The notes beneath the pieces are model-generated. The model worked only from the letters and a program-made list of their open reading frames with translations, searched no databases and was not told the origin of the DNA. A program made the translations under genes and the position numbers. Below, piece after piece: positions 1 to 10,084 of a DNA stretch of 35,878 bases; the first letter of the stretch is position 1, and every line of letters starts with the position of its first letter. This stretch comes from an uncultured Bacteroidales bacterium (lineage in GTDB: Bacteria > Bacteroidota > Bacteroidia > Bacteroidales > UBA932), in contig CALEJC010000093.1 of NCBI GenBank assembly GCA_937898205.1, positions 1 to 35,878 of the forward strand, written 5' to 3'.

Positions 1-657
1 CTGCATAAATGCCGACAGGTTCTGATTGACAGCAAGTACCACCATCACGATGAAGAATGCTACAGAAAGATACTGTGCAGGCTTCTTGGCTTTCTGCGCA
101 AACTTAGGGAAGTAATGCGAAACCAAAATACCCAGAACAAGAGGAATACCCAGCAAGATCACGATGGTCTTGAAAACCTCCATCAGTGGGATGCTCAGCT
201 CCGGCACTTCGGTAGCAAAACGGTGAGCCACACGCAGATAGAGATTACCCCAGAGAGAGAAGTTAAGAGGAGTCATAAACACTGCTGCACTGGTACTTAT
301 CGCAGTCAATGAAACAGACAGCTCAGCATTTCCTTTTGAGAGGGATGTTATAAAGTTTGAAATATTTCCACCCGGACAGGAAGCCACCAGAATCATGCCC
401 ATAGCCATCATTGGCGAGATCCAGTTGCGCATCAGCCAGCAAAGAAAGAAGGTAAGCATCGGCAGACATACCAACTGGCTGAAAACGCCCACTATGACTG
501 ATTTAGGCTTTTTAAATACATCTACAAAGGTTTTTGGCTTGATGCCCAGTGCCACACCAAACATAACCAGAGCAAGGACTATGTTGATGAGCTCCATTCC
601 GACTTCATTCATATTGACCTCGATGTGGTCAATGGCATTTGCAATTTCAGGTTTCAT
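1..657 (-). CDS. Bile acid:sodium symporter (BASS/SBF) family transporter, partial; runs off the left edge
   Basis: Not in the ORF track. Manual minus-strand translation from ATG at 657: MKPEIANAIDHIEVNMNEVGMELINIVLALVMFGVALGIKP...GMILVASCPGGNISNFITSLSKGNAELSVSLT. Contains the BASS-type MFG.L and CPGG..SN...KGN..LSV motifs. Confidence 0.85.
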   Translation of the reverse strand, partial: MKPEIANAIDHIEVNMNEVGMELINIVLALVMFGVALGIKPKTFVDVFKKPKSVIVGVFSQLVCLPMLTFFLCWLMRNWISPMMAMGMILVASCPGGNISNFITSLSKGNAELSVSLTAISTSAAVFMTPLNFSLWGNLYLRVAHRFATEVPELSIPLMEVFKTIVILLGIPLVLGILVSHYFPKFAQKAKKPAQYLSVAFFIVMVVLAVNQNLSAFMQ

Positions 658-680
658 TAGTACACCATTTTACTATTTTG

Positions 681-688
681 CAAATATA
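681..688 (-). promoter_or_regulatory. Bacteroidetes sigma-A -7 box (TATATTTG) for the symporter
   Basis: CAAATATA on + = TAnnTTTG on -, 24 nt upstream of the ATG at 657. Confidence 0.55.
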
Positions 689-766
689 GGCAAAAGCAGC
701 AATTTTTACCAAGATTTGACTATATTTACAGCAACTAACCGCACATTTAGACAAACAACACCCATT

Positions 767-1759
767 ATGAAACGTTTTCTGCTTTCAATTTTAGTCCTCT
801 CATGCTTTATGCCAAGCATAAACATGGATGCACAAAGAAGAGGTGGAAGGCCTTATGGCACTTACACCCTTGACCAAATCCGTTGGAGAGACAATTGTGT
901 TCTTGCCGACCCCGTATCAAAAGAATACATCATGATAGGTCCTGCCGGACGCTCAGTGATGAGCTACAAGAGCAAAGACCTGATCAACTGGGAAGGCCCT
1001 ACCATCATCTACACTACCCCGGAAGACGTGTGGGGAGACATCAAGATCAATAGCATCTGGGCTCCTGAGCTCCATTATTATAAGGGCAAGTATTATCTTT
1101 TCCAGACATTTGACACATCAGAACCACTCTCGGAGCAGTGGCGCAACTGGTACCACACAGGACGAGTGATGAGAGGTTCACAGATCCTCGTATCCGACTC
1201 TCCTTATGGCCCATACAAGACATTTGCACCTCACTCCACCATGCCTTCAGACATGATGACTATCGACGGAACTCTCTGGGTAGAAGACGGAGTGCCATAT
1301 ATGGTATATTGCCACGAATGGGTCCAGGTAACAGATGGCGCGATCGGATATGTAAAGCTCAAGGATGACCTTTCAGCAATTGACGGCGAAGTCAAGAACC
1401 TTTTCCGCGCTAGTTATGTAAACTCAACCTGGGGAAAACCGATTCCGCCTGACGGCAGCGGTTATGTCACCGACGGCCCATATCTCTACAAGGGCAAGAC
1501 CGGCAAGCTCTACATGATCTGGACAACCAACAACAGCTGCGGCATCGCCATCTCAGACTCAGGCAAGATTGCCGGACCTTGGAGACAGCAGGACACTGCC
1601 TTGCTCACAAATGCGGGTCATGGTATGATATTCAAGACATTTGAGGGCAAGATCATACTTTGTCTCCACACTCCATATTGGGGCGAGACATATCCAAAAC
1701 TCTTTGAGCTCGAAGACACAGGCGAGACCCTGCGCGTCGTGGGACCTTACGGCAAGTAA
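767..1759 (+). CDS. Glycoside hydrolase family 43 protein with signal peptide
   Basis: Start moved from 395 to ATG 767 (MKRFLLSILVLSC..., signal-like), which avoids overlap with the symporter. Motifs RD, WAPE, TIDGTL, HEW, DGP(Y), GHGMIF fit a five-bladed beta-propeller GH43. Confidence 0.85.
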   Translation: MKRFLLSILVLSCFMPSINMDAQRRGGRPYGTYTLDQIRWRDNCVLADPVSKEYIMIGPAGRSVMSYKSKDLINWEGPTIIYTTPEDVWGDIKINSIWAPELHYYKGKYYLFQTFDTSEPLSEQWRNWYHTGRVMRGSQILVSDSPYGPYKTFAPHSTMPSDMMTIDGTLWVEDGVPYMVYCHEWVQVTDGAIGYVKLKDDLSAIDGEVKNLFRASYVNSTWGKPIPPDGSGYVTDGPYLYKGKTGKLYMIWTTNNSCGIAISDSGKIAGPWRQQDTALLTNAGHGMIFKTFEGKIILCLHTPYWGETYPKLFELEDTGETLRVVGPYGK

Positions 1760-1766
1760 TTGACTA

Positions 1767-2771
1767 CTAATTAACTCTGATCTTCTGGCCTATGCGTATC
1801 TTATTGACGTTTAGGCCAGGATTTAGTTTTTTGATAGTACTCTGATTCTTGCCATACTTGGCAGCGATGCCGGAGATGGTTTCACCGGACCTGACAGTAT
1901 GCCATTTCTCTGCTGCTTTCTCCGCAGCAATGCGCATCTCCTCAGCAATAATCTGCTCGTCTGTCAGATAAACATCCTCTTCTTCCTGGATGGATTCCGG
2001 TATATATCGCGAAGAGGCATCAAGATAGCTGCGTCTCAGCACAAACACATTTTTGCGCAATTTACCCGCTTCAAAATCAATAATCCACTGCGGATCAAAA
2101 GCAAAGCCCTTATAGCGGACTTCAAAATGAAGATGCGGTCCTGAGGAGCGACCGGTCGAGCCGCCAAGACCGATAACATCACCAGCTCTAACCCAATCTC
2201 CCGGTTTTACATTTCTTTTAGAAAGATGTCCATAAAATGTCTCCAGGCCATTCTCGTGACGCACCACCACCATATTTCCGTAGCCACGCGAATACATTGA
2301 CACTCTTACCCTGCCATCAAAAGCACAAGCAACCGGAGTACCAACTTTCAACGGCAAGTCCACACCTTGGTGTCGACGTCCGTGGCGATAGCCAAACTTT
2401 GAATATACTTTGGTACTATATGGGCATGCAAACTTGCTCACTGAGTCAATCAAGCAGATTGAATTACGGTATCCAAGATCTTCTAGCTTCACATCTTTAT
2501 ATGGAGTGAGATTATTTTCCACCCAATTCTCCACAAACACGGAACTCTCTTCAACCTTCTTTATATTCTTGATATAGTACCAGGTGTTATCGTCTTTGAG
2601 CACTATCTGCAAGTTACTGTCATTGACATCGATAGTATCAACCGGAGCGCCTTCTCCCTGAAGGAACTGAGTTGAGATGCTGACATATTCCTCCGGTATA
2701 AAACTATGTGCCGGAGGTGGGATATCACGAGATAGCATTACCGCCAGTGGCAGTAAGATTAATAGGTTCAT
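1767..2771 (-). CDS. M23 family metallopeptidase with C-terminal LysM domain
   Basis: HQGVD, YGH and GPHLHFE M23 motifs; C-terminal HTVRSGETISGIAAKYG...LN...IRIGQKIRV is LysM-like. Confidence 0.92.
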   Translation of the reverse strand: MNLLILLPLAVMLSRDIPPPAHSFIPEEYVSISTQFLQGEGAPVDTIDVNDSNLQIVLKDDNTWYYIKNIKKVEESSVFVENWVENNLTPYKDVKLEDLGYRNSICLIDSVSKFACPYSTKVYSKFGYRHGRRHQGVDLPLKVGTPVACAFDGRVRVSMYSRGYGNMVVVRHENGLETFYGHLSKRNVKPGDWVRAGDVIGLGGSTGRSSGPHLHFEVRYKGFAFDPQWIIDFEAGKLRKNVFVLRRSYLDASSRYIPESIQEEEDVYLTDEQIIAEEMRIAAEKAAEKWHTVRSGETISGIAAKYGKNQSTIKKLNPGLNVNKIRIGQKIRVN

Positions 2772-2784
2772 AGGTTTCTGATTT

Positions 2785-4149
2785 TTACTGTCTTATGGCA
2801 GCAAATTTTGTTTCAAATAGTTGTTGTGTCTGGGCGATTTTTTCTTTGAGCACTTCCTCGCTTCGGGCCTCGCAGATAAAACGGAGATATGGTTCTGTGT
2901 TTGAAGGACGGATATTAAACCACCAGTCTTCAAACTCAACTCTATAGCCGTCAAAATCCATCACTTTCAGAGGCTTCTCCTGAGCGGTAAAATGCTCGCA
3001 CAAAGCCTTCATAGCCCCTTGCTTATCCTCAAGACGGAAATTGATTTCGCCCGAATTGCGATACTTGACGATAGATGCGATCTCCTCACTGAAGCTGCGC
3101 CCCTGCCTTTTCAGTGCCGAAACGATATTCAGCACGATGAGCGAAGCCATGAGTGCGCTATCCGAATAGAAAAAATCCTTGAAATAGTAGTGGCCGGCAA
3201 GCTCACCGCCCCAAAGGCCATCAATCTCGCGAAGCTTAGGAGCAGCAAATGCGCGACCGACGCGCCATGTGTGCACATCAGCATCGTAGGCAGAAAGGTA
3301 TTCGGCAACAGCCTTTGATGACCGGATCTCCTGAAGCACCTTTGGTGATTTTGCACCCTTCTCATCACAGAAGTAACGGGCCATCATGGCGATGATGAGG
3401 TCAGGAGCCACAAACTGCGCCTTCTCATCCACAAACATCACTCTGTCGGCATCACCGTCATAGATCACGCCCACGTCTGCTCCCTTCTCCAGGACAAGCG
3501 CCTTGAGCGGCTCCACATTTTTTGGCACCAGAGGGTTAGGCTCGTGATTTGGAAATCTGCCATCAAGAGTATCAAAGATATAGCTTGGAGCGTCTCCGTA
3601 GACATCCTTTGCAAAAAGGCAAGCCATACCGTTGGACAGATCAAAGGCGATATTCAGGTTGCTCAAATCAGACTTATATTTGGACATATATTGGATATAG
3701 TCCTTGTAGATGTCTTTCCGGTAGACCTCTCCTTTGTTCTGAGCAGGCACTACTTCCTTACCTTCATCAATCCATTGCTTGATAGTACCCAGGCCTGTAT
3801 CGTAGCCCACAGGAAGAGCGTTTTCCCTGCTCACCTTCAGGCCGTTATATTCTGCAGGATTGTGACTTGCAGTAATCTGCACTGATGCAGGGAAGCCATA
3901 ATATGCTGTAGAGAAGTAAACCATCGGGGTGCTGCTCAAGCCCAGGTCATAGACATCAGCACCGGCATCTGTTATACCTTGGATCAGGCTATCATGGATC
4001 TCGTCAGACGAGACTCTGCAGTCTCTGCCGACAAGCACCTTATCTGCAGACAGAAGCTGCGGCAGGAAATAACCGATCTTATATACTGTCTCTCTATCAA
4101 AATCGACACCCCAGATACCTCTGATGTCGTAGGCGTGAAAGGCTCCCAT
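2785..4149 (-). CDS. Phosphomannomutase/phosphoglucomutase
   Basis: AYDIRG, TASHNP phosphoserine loop, DGDADR metal loop, GELAGH, RPSNTEP. Confidence 0.95.
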   Translation of the reverse strand: MGAFHAYDIRGIWGVDFDRETVYKIGYFLPQLLSADKVLVGRDCRVSSDEIHDSLIQGITDAGADVYDLGLSSTPMVYFSTAYYGFPASVQITASHNPAEYNGLKVSRENALPVGYDTGLGTIKQWIDEGKEVVPAQNKGEVYRKDIYKDYIQYMSKYKSDLSNLNIAFDLSNGMACLFAKDVYGDAPSYIFDTLDGRFPNHEPNPLVPKNVEPLKALVLEKGADVGVIYDGDADRVMFVDEKAQFVAPDLIIAMMARYFCDEKGAKSPKVLQEIRSSKAVAEYLSAYDADVHTWRVGRAFAAPKLREIDGLWGGELAGHYYFKDFFYSDSALMASLIVLNIVSALKRQGRSFSEEIASIVKYRNSGEINFRLEDKQGAMKALCEHFTAQEKPLKVMDFDGYRVEFEDWWFNIRPSNTEPYLRFICEARSEEVLKEKIAQTQQLFETKFAAIRQ

Positions 4150-4154
4150 ATAGA

Positions 4155-4709
4155 CTATTTAAGTTTTGACTTATATGATGTTCTGATCTTACCGGCAGCA
4201 ATCCCCTGCAATTTGCGAGCCACCATCTTGCGACGGATAGGAGCGACAAGGTCGGTAAACAGCACGCCTTCAAGATGAGACAGCTCATGCTGCACCATCC
4301 TGGCAGCAAATCTCTCAAACACTTCGCTTTGCTTCTCGAGATTTTCATCATAATATTCTACCCTAAGGCTGTCGGGACGACGCACATCGGCATAGATGCC
4401 GGGCACGCTGAGGCAGCCTTCGTTGTATTCGCACATGATATTGCTCTCGGAAACGATGACAGGATTGATCATTGTCCTCTTAAATCCCTTGAGGTAGTCA
4501 TATACGTCAGACATGACATCTCCGTCAACGACCACTACTCTAAGGCTCTCACCAATCTGCGGAGCAGCAAGGCCGCAACCTTCCGAGCTGGCCAGAGTCT
4601 CCCAAAGATCAGCCACAAGGGTCTTGATTTCTTCGGTCTTAGTAATATCCACCGGAACAGCCTTCTTTCTGAGGACTTCCGATCCGTATAAGTAAATTGG
4701 TCTAATCAT
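4155..4709 (-). CDS. def: Peptide deformylase
   Basis: GCGLAAPQIG, EGCLS and QHELSH motifs. Confidence 0.95.
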   Translation of the reverse strand: MIRPIYLYGSEVLRKKAVPVDITKTEEIKTLVADLWETLASSEGCGLAAPQIGESLRVVVVDGDVMSDVYDYLKGFKRTMINPVIVSESNIMCEYNEGCLSVPGIYADVRRPDSLRVEYYDENLEKQSEVFERFAARMVQHELSHLEGVLFTDLVAPIRRKMVARKLQGIAAGKIRTSYKSKLK

Positions 4710-4714
4710 CTCTA

Positions 4715-5131
4715 TTACTTCTTCTTATCCATATAGCTCTGCAAGATTATCGCTGCGCTGATCTTGTCTACAGAATTTTTGTCCCTCCTGTCGCTTTTCT
4801 TCATCCCGCCATCAATCATCGCCCTGTGAGCGAGCACCGAGGTAAACCTCTCGTCTTCGAGCACGATGGGCACATCCGGAAATGCCTTGGCAAGTTTTTT
4901 CAGGAAGACATCCACATCTGCTGCAGCCTGAGCAGGAGCGCCATTGAGATTGAGCGGATACCCCACAACAAATCGTTCAATGGTCTCTGAAAGAGCATAT
5001 TTTTGGAGATATTCTATTATCTTTGCAGAAGGAACAGTTTCCATTGGAGACGCAAAAATCCCGAGAGGATCGCTCACAGCGACCCCTACTCTGGCGCGAC
5101 CATAATCTATGCCGATGGTTCTGTTCATCAT
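4715..5131 (-). CDS. ruvX: Holliday junction resolvase-like / pre-16S rRNA nuclease RuvX (YqgF)
   Basis: IGIDYGRARVGVAVSD, VVGYP, DERFTS, DKISAAIILQ; adjacent to def. Confidence 0.93.
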   Translation of the reverse strand: MMNRTIGIDYGRARVGVAVSDPLGIFASPMETVPSAKIIEYLQKYALSETIERFVVGYPLNLNGAPAQAAADVDVFLKKLAKAFPDVPIVLEDERFTSVLAHRAMIDGGMKKSDRRDKNSVDKISAAIILQSYMDKKK

Positions 5132-5150
5132 GCGAAATTAGTTAAAAAGT

Positions 5151-6008
5151 ATGGGACGACAAAATCCAAGCGACAAAAACCGTGTTTACAGACTATCTCT
5201 GGTAGACAACAATACCCATAAGCAGATCAAGGCCATCCGCTTCACAAAAGCGAGATTTATTCAGGGCTGTGTAGTCGCCGGTGTCAGCATCATTCTGCTG
5301 CTCTATTGTCTCATCGCGTTTACTCCTATCCGCAAGACGATTCCGGGATATCCCGACGCCTATTCCAAGAAATTGTCTCTCAACAACGCCATGAAGATTG
5401 ACTCACTCGAAAACATGCTCAATCGATGGCATCTCTATGCCCTCGGCATGCAAGAAGTGCTCTCAGGGCGAAGCGAACTGACTCAGGAAGAGCTTGTGCA
5501 GAGCGGTGGCGCGGCCAATTTCCTGTCAGACAAAGGCAGAGAGCAGCTTGCCGAGCAAGACCAGCTTCTTAGAGAAAGCATCCAAAAGGCCCAGCAGTTT
5601 ACCATCAGCCCGAGCAACGCCAACCGTTCCCTTCCGATTGAGGGCAAGCACTTCTTTACTCCGGTCAAGGGCGTCATCTCAAATCCATGGGACGGAGTAG
5701 AACATCCTGGAGTAGACATCGCAACTACAAGTGGAAGCATCGTGAGTTCAGTCCTTGACGGCATGGTGATCTTTTCCGGATGGGACGAGGACTTCGGACA
5801 CATTTTGATTGTTCAACACGACGACAATATTATCAGCATCTACAAGAAAAATCAGAGAGCTCTCGTCAAGGTGGGAGACGAAATCAAGGCAGGCACTCCT
5901 ATCGCGATTGTCGGCACGGCTCCAAACAGCCCAAATGAAGAGCACCTGCACTTTGAGCTATGGCTCTCGGGAGCAAATCTTGACCCAACCAAATACATAA
6001 GTTTTTAA
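5151..6008 (+). CDS. Membrane-anchored M23 family peptidase
   Basis: N-terminal TM segment, IAFTP.R..IPGY, HPGVD and HLHFELW motifs; directly upstream of dxr. Confidence 0.88.
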   Translation: MGRQNPSDKNRVYRLSLVDNNTHKQIKAIRFTKARFIQGCVVAGVSIILLLYCLIAFTPIRKTIPGYPDAYSKKLSLNNAMKIDSLENMLNRWHLYALGMQEVLSGRSELTQEELVQSGGAANFLSDKGREQLAEQDQLLRESIQKAQQFTISPSNANRSLPIEGKHFFTPVKGVISNPWDGVEHPGVDIATTSGSIVSSVLDGMVIFSGWDEDFGHILIVQHDDNIISIYKKNQRALVKVGDEIKAGTPIAIVGTAPNSPNEEHLHFELWLSGANLDPTKYISF

Positions 6009-6010
6009 TC

Positions 6011-7168
6011 GTGACCAAAAGAAAGATTGCAATACTCGGTTCTACCGGATCCATCGGCACTCAGACACTTGACGTAGTGCGCCAGCACCGCGACTTGTTT
6101 GAGGTGAGCCTCATCTCAGCTCGCTCAAGCGCAGACCTGCTCATCAAGCAGGCTCTTGAGTTTGATGTGGAAAACGTCGTCATCTGCGACGAGGGAAGAT
6201 ATAAATATGTCGCTGACGCCCTTAAGGACAAAGACGTAAAAGTCTGGGCAGGCGTGGATAGCATCTGTGAGCTGGTCAAACTCGACTGCGTGGATATTGT
6301 TGTCGGCGCAATGGTGGGATTCAGCGGCCTCAGGCCGACTCTTGCCGCACTGGAAGCCGGCAAGATTGTGGCATTGGCCAACAAAGAGACGCTTGTTGCC
6401 GCTGGCGCTATCGTTACCCGCACGATGCGCGAGCACGGCGGAGTCATCCTTCCCGTGGACTCGGAACATTCGGCAATCTTCCAATGTCTCCTCGCCGCGC
6501 AAGGCAATGAAGTCGAGAAGATTCACCTGACCGCCTCGGGCGGACCTTTCCGCACATGGGAGAGGTCCCGCATCGCCACCGCCACCGCTGCGGATGCACT
6601 CAAGCACCCTAACTGGGACATGGGCTGGAAGGTCACAATCGACTCGGCGACCATGATGAACAAAGGATTTGAAGTCATCGAAGCGAAGTGGCTGTTTGAT
6701 ATCGAGCCGGAGCGCATCAATGTCGTGGTGCACCCCGAGTCGATGATACACTCGATGGTGGAGTTTGTCGATGGAGCAATCATCGCACAGCTGGGATGCC
6801 CGGACATGCGCGAGCCGATCGGGTTTGCCCTTAGCTTCCCTAAACGCTTGACTGTCGGCAACAAACGCATCGATTTTGCCGCGCTGGGCAAGATGACCTT
6901 TGAGGAAGCGGACATCACTCGCTTCCCTTGCCTGGAGCTTGCCTACGAGTCGATCCGCCGGGGCGGAAACGCGCCTTGTGCGCTCAATGCCGCCAATGAA
7001 GTTGCAGTAGCAGCCTACCACAAGGGGCTGATCTCATTTTACGACATCGCAAAGATTAACGAAAGATGCTTGACCACTGGCTTGAATTTTGTTGAGCAGC
7101 CAACTCTTGAAGATATTTTCCAAACAAACAAAGAAATTGCTGCTATAGCTGATGGTTATATTAATTAA
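6011..7168 (+). CDS. dxr: 1-deoxy-D-xylulose 5-phosphate reductoisomerase
   Basis: GSTGSIG, LANKETLV, PVDSEHSAIFQ, TASGGPF, HPNWDMG, NKGFEVIEA; GTG start. Confidence 0.97.
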   Translation: MTKRKIAILGSTGSIGTQTLDVVRQHRDLFEVSLISARSSADLLIKQALEFDVENVVICDEGRYKYVADALKDKDVKVWAGVDSICELVKLDCVDIVVGAMVGFSGLRPTLAALEAGKIVALANKETLVAAGAIVTRTMREHGGVILPVDSEHSAIFQCLLAAQGNEVEKIHLTASGGPFRTWERSRIATATAADALKHPNWDMGWKVTIDSATMMNKGFEVIEAKWLFDIEPERINVVVHPESMIHSMVEFVDGAIIAQLGCPDMREPIGFALSFPKRLTVGNKRIDFAALGKMTFEEADITRFPCLELAYESIRRGGNAPCALNAANEVAVAAYHKGLISFYDIAKINERCLTTGLNFVEQPTLEDIFQTNKEIAAIADGYIN

Positions 7169-8456
7169 GATTTTTCAGGTAATCCTTGCCCTCTCCACAC
7201 TCATCATAGTCCACGAATTCGGACATTTCCTTTGGGCAAAGATTTTTAAAATAAGAGTTGAGAAGTTCTACCTGTTTTTTGATGTCGGCGGCAAGGCAAT
7301 TGCCCGCTGGAAATGGGGAGAGACAGAGTTTGGCATAGGTTGGCTGCCGTTTGGCGGATACTGCAAGGTCTCCGGGATGGTCGACGAGTCAATGGATATC
7401 AAGAGCCTTGGAGAAGCCCCAAAAGAATGGGAATTCCGCAGCAAACCGGCGTGGCAGAGGCTTTTTGTGATGGCCGGTGGTGTCGTAAACAATTTCATTT
7501 TTGCGATTCTGCTCTACATCTCGATCATGGCCATCTGGGGACAGAGATATATTTCCAATCAGGATAGCCGGATTTATGTCAACGAGCTTGCCCACGAGAT
7601 GGGTTTCAGGACAGGAGATCAGATCTTGAGTTTTGACGACTATAATCCCGAGAATTTTGCAATGCTGCAGGCCGACCTGGCCAGAAGAGATGTACACAGG
7701 GCCAAAGTTTTGCGAGACGGCGACACCCTGGAGCTCTATATAGACCAGTCTATGATCGGAGAGGTCCTGCAATCGTCACTAATGTTTGATCTGGCAGTAC
7801 CTTTTGTGATTGATTCAGTCGCACAAGGAGGCCCCAACAAGGATTCCGAGCTGACAAGAGGCGACAAGGTAATCGCCATCAACCAGCCGGTAGAGTGGTT
7901 GCAAGATTCCAGAAAGGTTCTTGAGACACTCAAAAACCAGGAAGTTCTGGCTCAGGTGGTCAGAGACGCCGACACACTTGCCATCCCGGTCAAGGTGGAC
8001 AGCGCAGGCTTGATGGGAGTTTACATGGCTCCCCTGACAAATATCAAGTCCAAGGACTACTCACTGATTGAAGCAATCCCAGCAGGTCTGAAATTGACAG
8101 GAGAAAACATCTCCGGCTACCTCAAAGATCTCAAATTGCTGGTTACCCCGTCGTCCGGAGCCTACAAATCAGTGGGCAGTTTTATTGCCATCGGAGAAGC
8201 TTTTCCAGATACATGGAATTGGTATCAGTTTATCAACCTCCTTGCATTGCTCTCAATCATGCTTGGTGTGATCAATCTGGTTCCGATCCCGGGCTTGGAC
8301 GGAGGACACATTTTGTTTACTTTATATGAAATGATCACCGGCCGCAAGCCAAGCGATAAGTTCTTGATTGTGACGCAGTTGATCGGCATGGCTTTGATTT
8401 TTGCACTGATGTTTCTTGCCATAGGAAACGATATTACAAGAGTTATTCATTTCTAA
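7152..8456 (+). CDS. rseP: RIP metalloprotease RseP
   Basis: HEFGH, GGYCKVSGM, PDZ-like region, NLVPIPGLDGGH; follows dxr. Confidence 0.95.
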   Translation: MVILIKIFQVILALSTLIIVHEFGHFLWAKIFKIRVEKFYLFFDVGGKAIARWKWGETEFGIGWLPFGGYCKVSGMVDESMDIKSLGEAPKEWEFRSKPAWQRLFVMAGGVVNNFIFAILLYISIMAIWGQRYISNQDSRIYVNELAHEMGFRTGDQILSFDDYNPENFAMLQADLARRDVHRAKVLRDGDTLELYIDQSMIGEVLQSSLMFDLAVPFVIDSVAQGGPNKDSELTRGDKVIAINQPVEWLQDSRKVLETLKNQEVLAQVVRDADTLAIPVKVDSAGLMGVYMAPLTNIKSKDYSLIEAIPAGLKLTGENISGYLKDLKLLVTPSSGAYKSVGSFIAIGEAFPDTWNWYQFINLLALLSIMLGVINLVPIPGLDGGHILFTLYEMITGRKPSDKFLIVTQLIGMALIFALMFLAIGNDITRVIHF

Positions 8457-8468
8457 AAGCACAATTAT

Positions 8469-9497
8469 ATGAAAAGAGTACTACTGATTCTCGTTGCAGC
8501 TTTGAGCATCGTATCTTGCAAGTCCACTGCTACCCTTCTTCCTAATGTCAGTGGAAAGGCCGGTGAGGTGATAGTTGTAATCAGTAAAGAAAACTGGGAA
8601 GGAGCTTTGGGCGAGGCCACAAGAGAGCTGCTCGCTTCCGACGTCCCTTATCTTGCCCAGAAAGAGCCATTATATTCTCTTGTCAATGTCGCTCCAGGTG
8701 GATTTACAGATCTTTTTAATATCCATAGAAACATCGTTTTCTATAACATCAATCCGCAAGTGGACAGCGCAGCTGTGATTTATAGAAATGATGTATGGTC
8801 AACTCCTCAGTGCGTCGTGCAGGTTAATGCACAGACCAGCGAAGCAGCTATTGAGCTCCTTCGCAGCAACGGCACTCACATCGAGAGATTTATCGAGCAG
8901 GCCGAGCGCGACAGAGTCATCAGAAACACCATGCTGTATGAGGAGAAGCCACTCGCAGATATTCTTCCTGAGAGATTTGGCGGCAAGATGCATTTCCCTG
9001 TGGGATATAAACTCAGAAAAGCGACAGATGATTTTGTATGGATTGCCTATGACAGGCAGTATGTATATCAGGATGTGCTCATATACAAGTATCCTGCGGA
9101 AGAGGATCATCCATTTACATCCAGCAACATCATCAAAAACCGAAATGCCATCATGAAGGCTAATGTGCCCGGCATGAGAGAAAACTCATATATGATCACC
9201 AGCCCGCATTTCACCCCGATGGTCGAGTATTTGAGATACCGTGGCAGAAATATCGTGCAGACCAGAGGCATGTGGGACGTAGAAAACGACTACATGGGAG
9301 GTCCGTTTGTTTCACACTCTTTCTACAGCCAGGACGGAAAGGAGATTATTGTGCTTGAGGCCTTTGTCTATGCACCAAGCCTTGACAAGCGTCAGCACCT
9401 GCGCCAGGTAGAAGCTTTGCTGTATTCTTGGGAATGGCAGGAAGAAGAGAAGACCGAGGAAGAAAATGCAGAAAATAATTTGTCAAATGCAAATTAA
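8469..9497 (+). CDS. DUF4837-like lipoprotein
   Basis: Lipobox IVSC; SGKAGEV, RGMWDV..DYMGGPFVS and FVYAP..DKR resemble the Bacteroidetes DUF4837 family. Confidence 0.7.
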   Translation: MKRVLLILVAALSIVSCKSTATLLPNVSGKAGEVIVVISKENWEGALGEATRELLASDVPYLAQKEPLYSLVNVAPGGFTDLFNIHRNIVFYNINPQVDSAAVIYRNDVWSTPQCVVQVNAQTSEAAIELLRSNGTHIERFIEQAERDRVIRNTMLYEEKPLADILPERFGGKMHFPVGYKLRKATDDFVWIAYDRQYVYQDVLIYKYPAEEDHPFTSSNIIKNRNAIMKANVPGMRENSYMITSPHFTPMVEYLRYRGRNIVQTRGMWDVENDYMGGPFVSHSFYSQDGKEIIVLEAFVYAPSLDKRQHLRQVEALLYSWEWQEEEKTEEENAENNLSNAN

Positions 9498-9509
9498 TTA
9501 CTATATTTG
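9479..9509 (+). promoter_or_regulatory. Bacteroidetes -33/-7 promoter for tRNA-Glu-rpsT
   Basis: TTTG (9479-9482), 19-nt spacer, TATATTTG (9502-9509). Confidence 0.7.
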
Positions 9510-9547
9510 CACTCCCAAATTAGCGCAATAGCATTTGGAACTGAGTT

Positions 9548-9619
9548 GGTGGGTTCGTATAACGGCTAGTACTCAAGATTTTCATTCTTGCAATAGGAGT
9601 TCGATTCTCCTACCCACTA
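9548..9619 (+). tRNA. tRNA-Glu(TTC)
   Basis: Acceptor GGTGGGT/ACCCACT-A; anticodon arm CAAGA-TTTTCAT-TCTTG; T-arm AGGAG-TTCGATT-CTCCT; CCA not encoded. Confidence 0.93.
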
Positions 9620-9641
9620 CAAATATTAAAAATAAATAATA

Positions 9642-9896
9642 ATGGCAAATACAGCTTCAGCAAAGAAGGCCGATCGTCAGAACGAAAGGCGTAGATTGCA
9701 TAATAGATATTATGCAAAGACAACAAGAAACGCGATCCGCGATATCCGCAAGACCACAGACAAGGCAACTGCAGAGAAAAATGCACCTAAGGTTTATGCA
9801 ATGATTGATAAACTTGCCAAGATCGGTCTCATCCACAAGAACAAGGCTTCAAACCTTAAGAGCGGTATCGCAGTTTACATCAACAAGCTTTCATAA
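9642..9896 (+). CDS. rpsT: 30S ribosomal protein S20
   Basis: [22 protein letters not shown]...[20 protein letters not shown]. Confidence 0.97.
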   Translation: MANTASAKKADRQNERRRLHNRYYAKTTRNAIRDIRKTTDKATAEKNAPKVYAMIDKLAKIGLIHKNKASNLKSGIAVYINKLS

Positions 9897-9910
9897 GTTA
9901 AAGTTTAAAT

Positions 9911-9946
9911 ACAAAAAAGAGCGGCCATCAAGGTCGCTCTTTTTGT
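9911..9946. terminator. Bidirectional intrinsic terminator after rpsT
   Basis: ACAAAAAAGAGCGGCC-ATCAA-GGTCGCTCTTTTTGT hairpin with A and T tracts. Confidence 0.85.
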
Positions 9947-9987
9947 GTTCCTCAATTTATACTCTTCCATCCGTAAAAACACCTCTC

Positions 9988-10069
9988 GTGTGCGCTGAAG
10001 GTTGTTTCCGCACACAACAGCCACCTGAAGCCACCGCTTGTGTGCGCCCAGGCCAGCCTCCGCACACAA
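9988..10069. repeat. Two tandem dyads GTGTGCG-N14-CGCACACAA, 52-nt period
   Basis: GTGTGCG at 9988 and 10040; CGCACAC at 10009 and 10061; spacers identical in length but different in sequence. Confidence 0.75.
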
Positions 10070-10084
10070 GAACCAGTTGTTGTT

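Noticed and set aside
395..766. N-terminal extension of the 454-aa ORF
   Set aside because: It overlaps the minus-strand symporter and its promoter; the signal-peptide start at 767 fits GH43 better.
6061..7021. Long antisense ORFs over dxr (also over Rhs 13840-14712, DUF4954, OPT and 32502-33209)
   Set aside because: Shadow frames of well-supported genes with no recognisable motifs.
9548..9619. tRNA-Glu as the integration site of the island
   Set aside because: rpsT lies between the tRNA and the island, no duplicated tRNA 3' end was seen near 18300, and there is no integrase.
9988..10069. Possible mini CRISPR array
   Set aside because: Only two units, short interrupted arms and no cas genes in the window.
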